Assembly: GCA_964396145.1 (NCBI GenBank) | Contig: CAYNEE010000003.1 | Location: 1-58,534, forward strand | From: an uncultured Gammaproteobacteria bacterium | GTDB taxonomy: Bacteria; Patescibacteriota; Microgenomatia; UBA12405 | Direction: 5' to 3' | DNA: 58,534 bases | In this document: positions 56,068-58,534 of the stretch, piece by piece | Numbering within the stretch: the stretch's first letter is position 1 | Layout: every line of letters begins with the position of its first letter | Notes under the pieces: model-generated | Seen by the model: only the letters and a program-made list of their open reading frames with translations | Databases searched by the model: none | What the model was told of the DNA's origin: nothing | Translations under genes and position numbers: made by a program

Positions 56068-57996
56068 ATGGAAATTCCTGCTGCTCTCACCCCTAAACAG
56101 AAAAAGGTTGTTATTAAAAAATCTCCCCATAGATTACCCAAAATTTTACTGATTATTTTAGCGGTTATACTTGGTTTGGGAGTTCTCAGCTTCTTTTTTC
56201 TTTATCTTCCGGCTATAGCCCTGGTCAAAGAAGTCAATCAAACCAAAACCGTCGCCGACCGACTTAAAGTCTCACTATCGGATAAAGACCTCAATCAAAG
56301 CAAGCAGGTTATGACAGAGCTGCGTGAACAAATTAAAGAGGTAGATAAAAAACTCAATTTAATGGCCTATCTTCGGGCTATTCCGGTAGCTAACAATTAT
56401 TATAAAGATGCCAAAACCCTAATCAAAGTCGGCAACGACTCCCTTGATACTGGTGATATTTTAATTCAAGCCGCAGAGCCTTATGCTGATTTTTTGGGAC
56501 TAAAAGGTGCTGGTACCAGCAGCGCTCAAACTACCGAAGACAGAATTAATTTTTTAACTCAATCTATCGAAAGTATCCTCCCACACTTTGACACTATTAA
56601 CAGCAAAGTTACTGAAATTGACCAGCTTTTGGCTACGATTAATATCAATCGCTATCCGGAAACCTATAAAGACATTCAGGTCCACCAAAGCTTTAATAAA
56701 ATCAGGGAAATGGTGGGCGAATTTCAAAATTACGTCAGTAACGGTAAACCAATCCTTAGCAAAAGTTCCTGGCTTTTGGGTAAAGACAAGCCCCGAAACT
56801 ACCTGGTTATCTTTCAAAACGATGCCGAACTGCGTCCCAGTGGTGGTTTTTGGACAGCCTATACTACCCTCAAAGTCGATAAGGGTAAGATTACTGCCGG
56901 ATCTTCGAGTAATATTTATGATTTAGATGATAAAATTTCCAGCACTACTCCGGCTCCTCGACTCATCAAGTCTTATCACGTCAATGTTCCTTACCTCAAT
57001 CTTCGGGACTCCAACCTTTCCCCGGATTTTCCCACAGATGCCAAAATTTTTCTCGATCAGTATTACAAAGTTATGGGAAAAAGAACCGAATTTGACGCCG
57101 TCATTGCCCTGGATACCAAAATTCTCGTCGACATTATTAAAGTTTTGGAAAAAGTCGATACTCAAGTTGGTACCTTTACCGCCAAAGAGGATAGTCGCTG
57201 TAATGGCTGTCCCAATATTATCTATGAACTAGAGTGGATTGCCGGTCGTCCCCGTAATTTCATTCTTGCTGATCGGAAAGGTTTTCTAGGTCCAGTTATG
57301 CATGCGATTTTAGCCAATGCCATGGGTTCAGAAAAAACCAAAATTGCACCTCTTGCCAGTGCTTTCTTTACCAACTTAAATGAAAAACACGTTCTTTTTT
57401 ACTTCACTGACCCTGAAATCCAAAAAGCTGCCGAACAGGCCAATATCGCTGGACACATTACCCAAACTTCAGAGAATATCGATTATTTTCATCTAAACGA
57501 TGCTAACTTTGCCAGCGCCAAAAGTAATTTATTTATTACTCAAAAAATTCTTCACGAAATTGACAGTAAAAGTGACCATGTCAAACATAAATTCACTATT
57601 ACTTACACCAACCCCTTCAAAGCCTCTAACTGTAATTTAGAAAAAGGGGATTTGTGTCTTAATGCTGCCGCCTACAGAAACCTCTTTAGAATTTACACTC
57701 CCATTGGCAGTAAATTGGAAAAAATTACCGGCTCCGAAGTTGAACCCCAACAATACGAAGAGCTAGGAAAGCAGGTTTTTGAAGGTTTTTATGGTAACAA
57801 ATATCCCCTTTATGCTAATTCCAGCAGTAAAGTTACTGTCGAGTACACCTCATCAGTCAAACCCAGCAAAGACTATACTCTACTCCTACAAAAACAACCC
57901 GGAACTAAAGCCGTCGACTACGAGCTTAAAGTCAATGGCCGCACCGTTGATACTTTTTCCTGGGTAGCTGATAAAACTATCAAATTAGCTCTCTAA
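56068..57996 (+). CDS. DUF4012-domain protein (N-terminal TM anchor, large extracytoplasmic domain)
   Basis: Single N-terminal TM helix (ILLIILAVILGLGVLSFFFL) and the core motif VIFQNDAELRPSGGFWTAYT. It lies directly after the sugar transferase. Confidence 0.65.
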   Translation: MEIPAALTPKQKKVVIKKSPHRLPKILLIILAVILGLGVLSFFFLYLPAIALVKEVNQTKTVADRLKVSLSDKDLNQSKQVMTELREQIKEVDKKLNLMAYLRAIPVANNYYKDAKTLIKVGNDSLDTGDILIQAAEPYADFLGLKGAGTSSAQTTEDRINFLTQSIESILPHFDTINSKVTEIDQLLATININRYPETYKDIQVHQSFNKIREMVGEFQNYVSNGKPILSKSSWLLGKDKPRNYLVIFQNDAELRPSGGFWTAYTTLKVDKGKITAGSSSNIYDLDDKISSTTPAPRLIKSYHVNVPYLNLRDSNLSPDFPTDAKIFLDQYYKVMGKRTEFDAVIALDTKILVDIIKVLEKVDTQVGTFTAKEDSRCNGCPNIIYELEWIAGRPRNFILADRKGFLGPVMHAILANAMGSEKTKIAPLASAFFTNLNEKHVLFYFTDPEIQKAAEQANIAGHITQTSENIDYFHLNDANFASAKSNLFITQKILHEIDSKSDHVKHKFTITYTNPFKASNCNLEKGDLCLNAAAYRNLFRIYTPIGSKLEKITGSEVEPQQYEELGKQVFEGFYGNKYPLYANSSSKVTVEYTSSVKPSKDYTLLLQKQPGTKAVDYELKVNGRTVDTFSWVADKTIKLAL

Positions 57997-58534
57997 TGCC
58001 TCACTTTTCCTCAGGCCTGGGACTAATCATCAATAAAAAAAAGCTTCATGAAGGCGATCTACAGCTAACCATTTTTACTCAAAACTTAGGTAAAATTATC
58101 TGTCTTGCCAAGGGTGTTCGCTCTATCAAAAGCCGGCGTCTGGGGCACCTTGAAATCGGCAATGTTGTCAAATTCAACCTCTATCAAAAAGATCATTTTT
58201 TTTGGCTTTCCGAGTCAGAAAGTATTAGCCCTTTTTTAAAGAATCCCAAAAAACTATCTCAATATAATCTTCTTTTCTTTCTCTATGAAGTCGCTAATTC
58301 CATAACTCCTTCTGAAGAAGTATTGCCTGATATTTATCTTAATTTAGTCAATGCCACCCAAGCCATAGCAGACGACAATTATCCTGACTTTATTCAAGAA
58401 GAAATTAAATTTATCCAAAATTTAGGCTTTGGCCACAATCCTCAAATCAATCTTTATTTTAAACAAAAAGACTATAAAAATGCTCAAAAGGCTATCAAAA
58501 ATTATTTCGAATCAATCCTAGAAAAACCTTTAAA
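57996..58534 (+). CDS. recO: DNA repair/recombination protein RecO, 3' end cut by the window edge
   Basis: ATG in a TAATG junction at 57996. It is absent from the ORF track because no stop codon lies inside the window. My translation MPHFSSGLGLIINKKKLHEGDLQLTIFTQNLGKIICLAKGVRSIKSRRLGHLE matches the RecO N-terminal OB-fold pattern. Confidence 0.65.
   Translation, partial: MPHFSSGLGLIINKKKLHEGDLQLTIFTQNLGKIICLAKGVRSIKSRRLGHLEIGNVVKFNLYQKDHFFWLSESESISPFLKNPKKLSQYNLLFFLYEVANSITPSEEVLPDIYLNLVNATQAIADDNYPDFIQEEIKFIQNLGFGHNPQINLYFKQKDYKNAQKAIKNYFESILEKPL

Noticed and set aside
1-58534. A search for CRISPR arrays, tRNA, rRNA or other structured RNA genes, IS elements, integrases, prophage genes or defence-system hallmarks (nucleases, helicases, STAND ATPases, toxin-antitoxin pairs).
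   Set aside because: No intergenic gap exceeds 43 nt. I saw no direct-repeat and spacer periodicity. No ORF translation shows transposase, integrase, nuclease or helicase motifs. Essentially all coding capacity goes to glycan-related or membrane proteins, plus recO.

Overview
This is a dense, AT-rich bacterial window with almost no intergenic space. I call 53 CDS. I found no tRNA, rRNA, CRISPR array, transposase or integrase, and the largest intergenic gap is 43 nt. From nt 1 to 57996 it is essentially one very large cell-envelope glycosylation locus. A 3'-truncated recO begins at 57996.

By motif reading the window holds about 30 glycosyltransferase genes:
- 9 GT4 (GT-B) genes.
- 12 GT2 genes, one with two GT2 domains and one fused to a GT-C domain.
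- 10 GT-C membrane glycosyltransferase domains.

Other functions present:
- A PglC/WbaP-type initiating phosphoglycosyltransferase and a DUF4012 protein.
- A WaaL/Wzy_C-like ligase.
- A Wzm/Wzt ABC exporter.
- Two DPM1/GtrB-like polyprenyl-phosphate-sugar synthases, one paired with a DUF2304 protein.
- An LPG_synthase_TM (UPF0104) flippase-like protein.
- Five SAM methyltransferases, including one FkbM type.
- A hexapeptide acetyltransferase.
- A B12-type radical SAM enzyme.
- Nucleotide-sugar genes ugd, galE and a manC-like gene.

The main findings:
1. A tandem array of six diverged ArnT/PMT-type GT-C paralogues (5218-16058).
2. Three paralogues of a second GT-C family carrying an HERY motif (1880-8150), one of them a full-length in-frame GT2::GT-C fusion.
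3. A TMTC-like GT-C+TPR protein.
4. Two large uncharacterised polytopic proteins with GT-C-like loop-1 motifs.

Together these suggest an extracytoplasmic glycan or glycoprotein assembly line that depends on polyprenyl-phosphate sugars and has no characterised counterpart.

The gene content and packing (11 ATGA start/stop overlaps, and every convergent gene pair overlapping) suggest a reduced-genome bacterium such as a CPR/Patescibacteria lineage. That is inference only. All family assignments come from reading motifs by eye and need HMM or structure confirmation.
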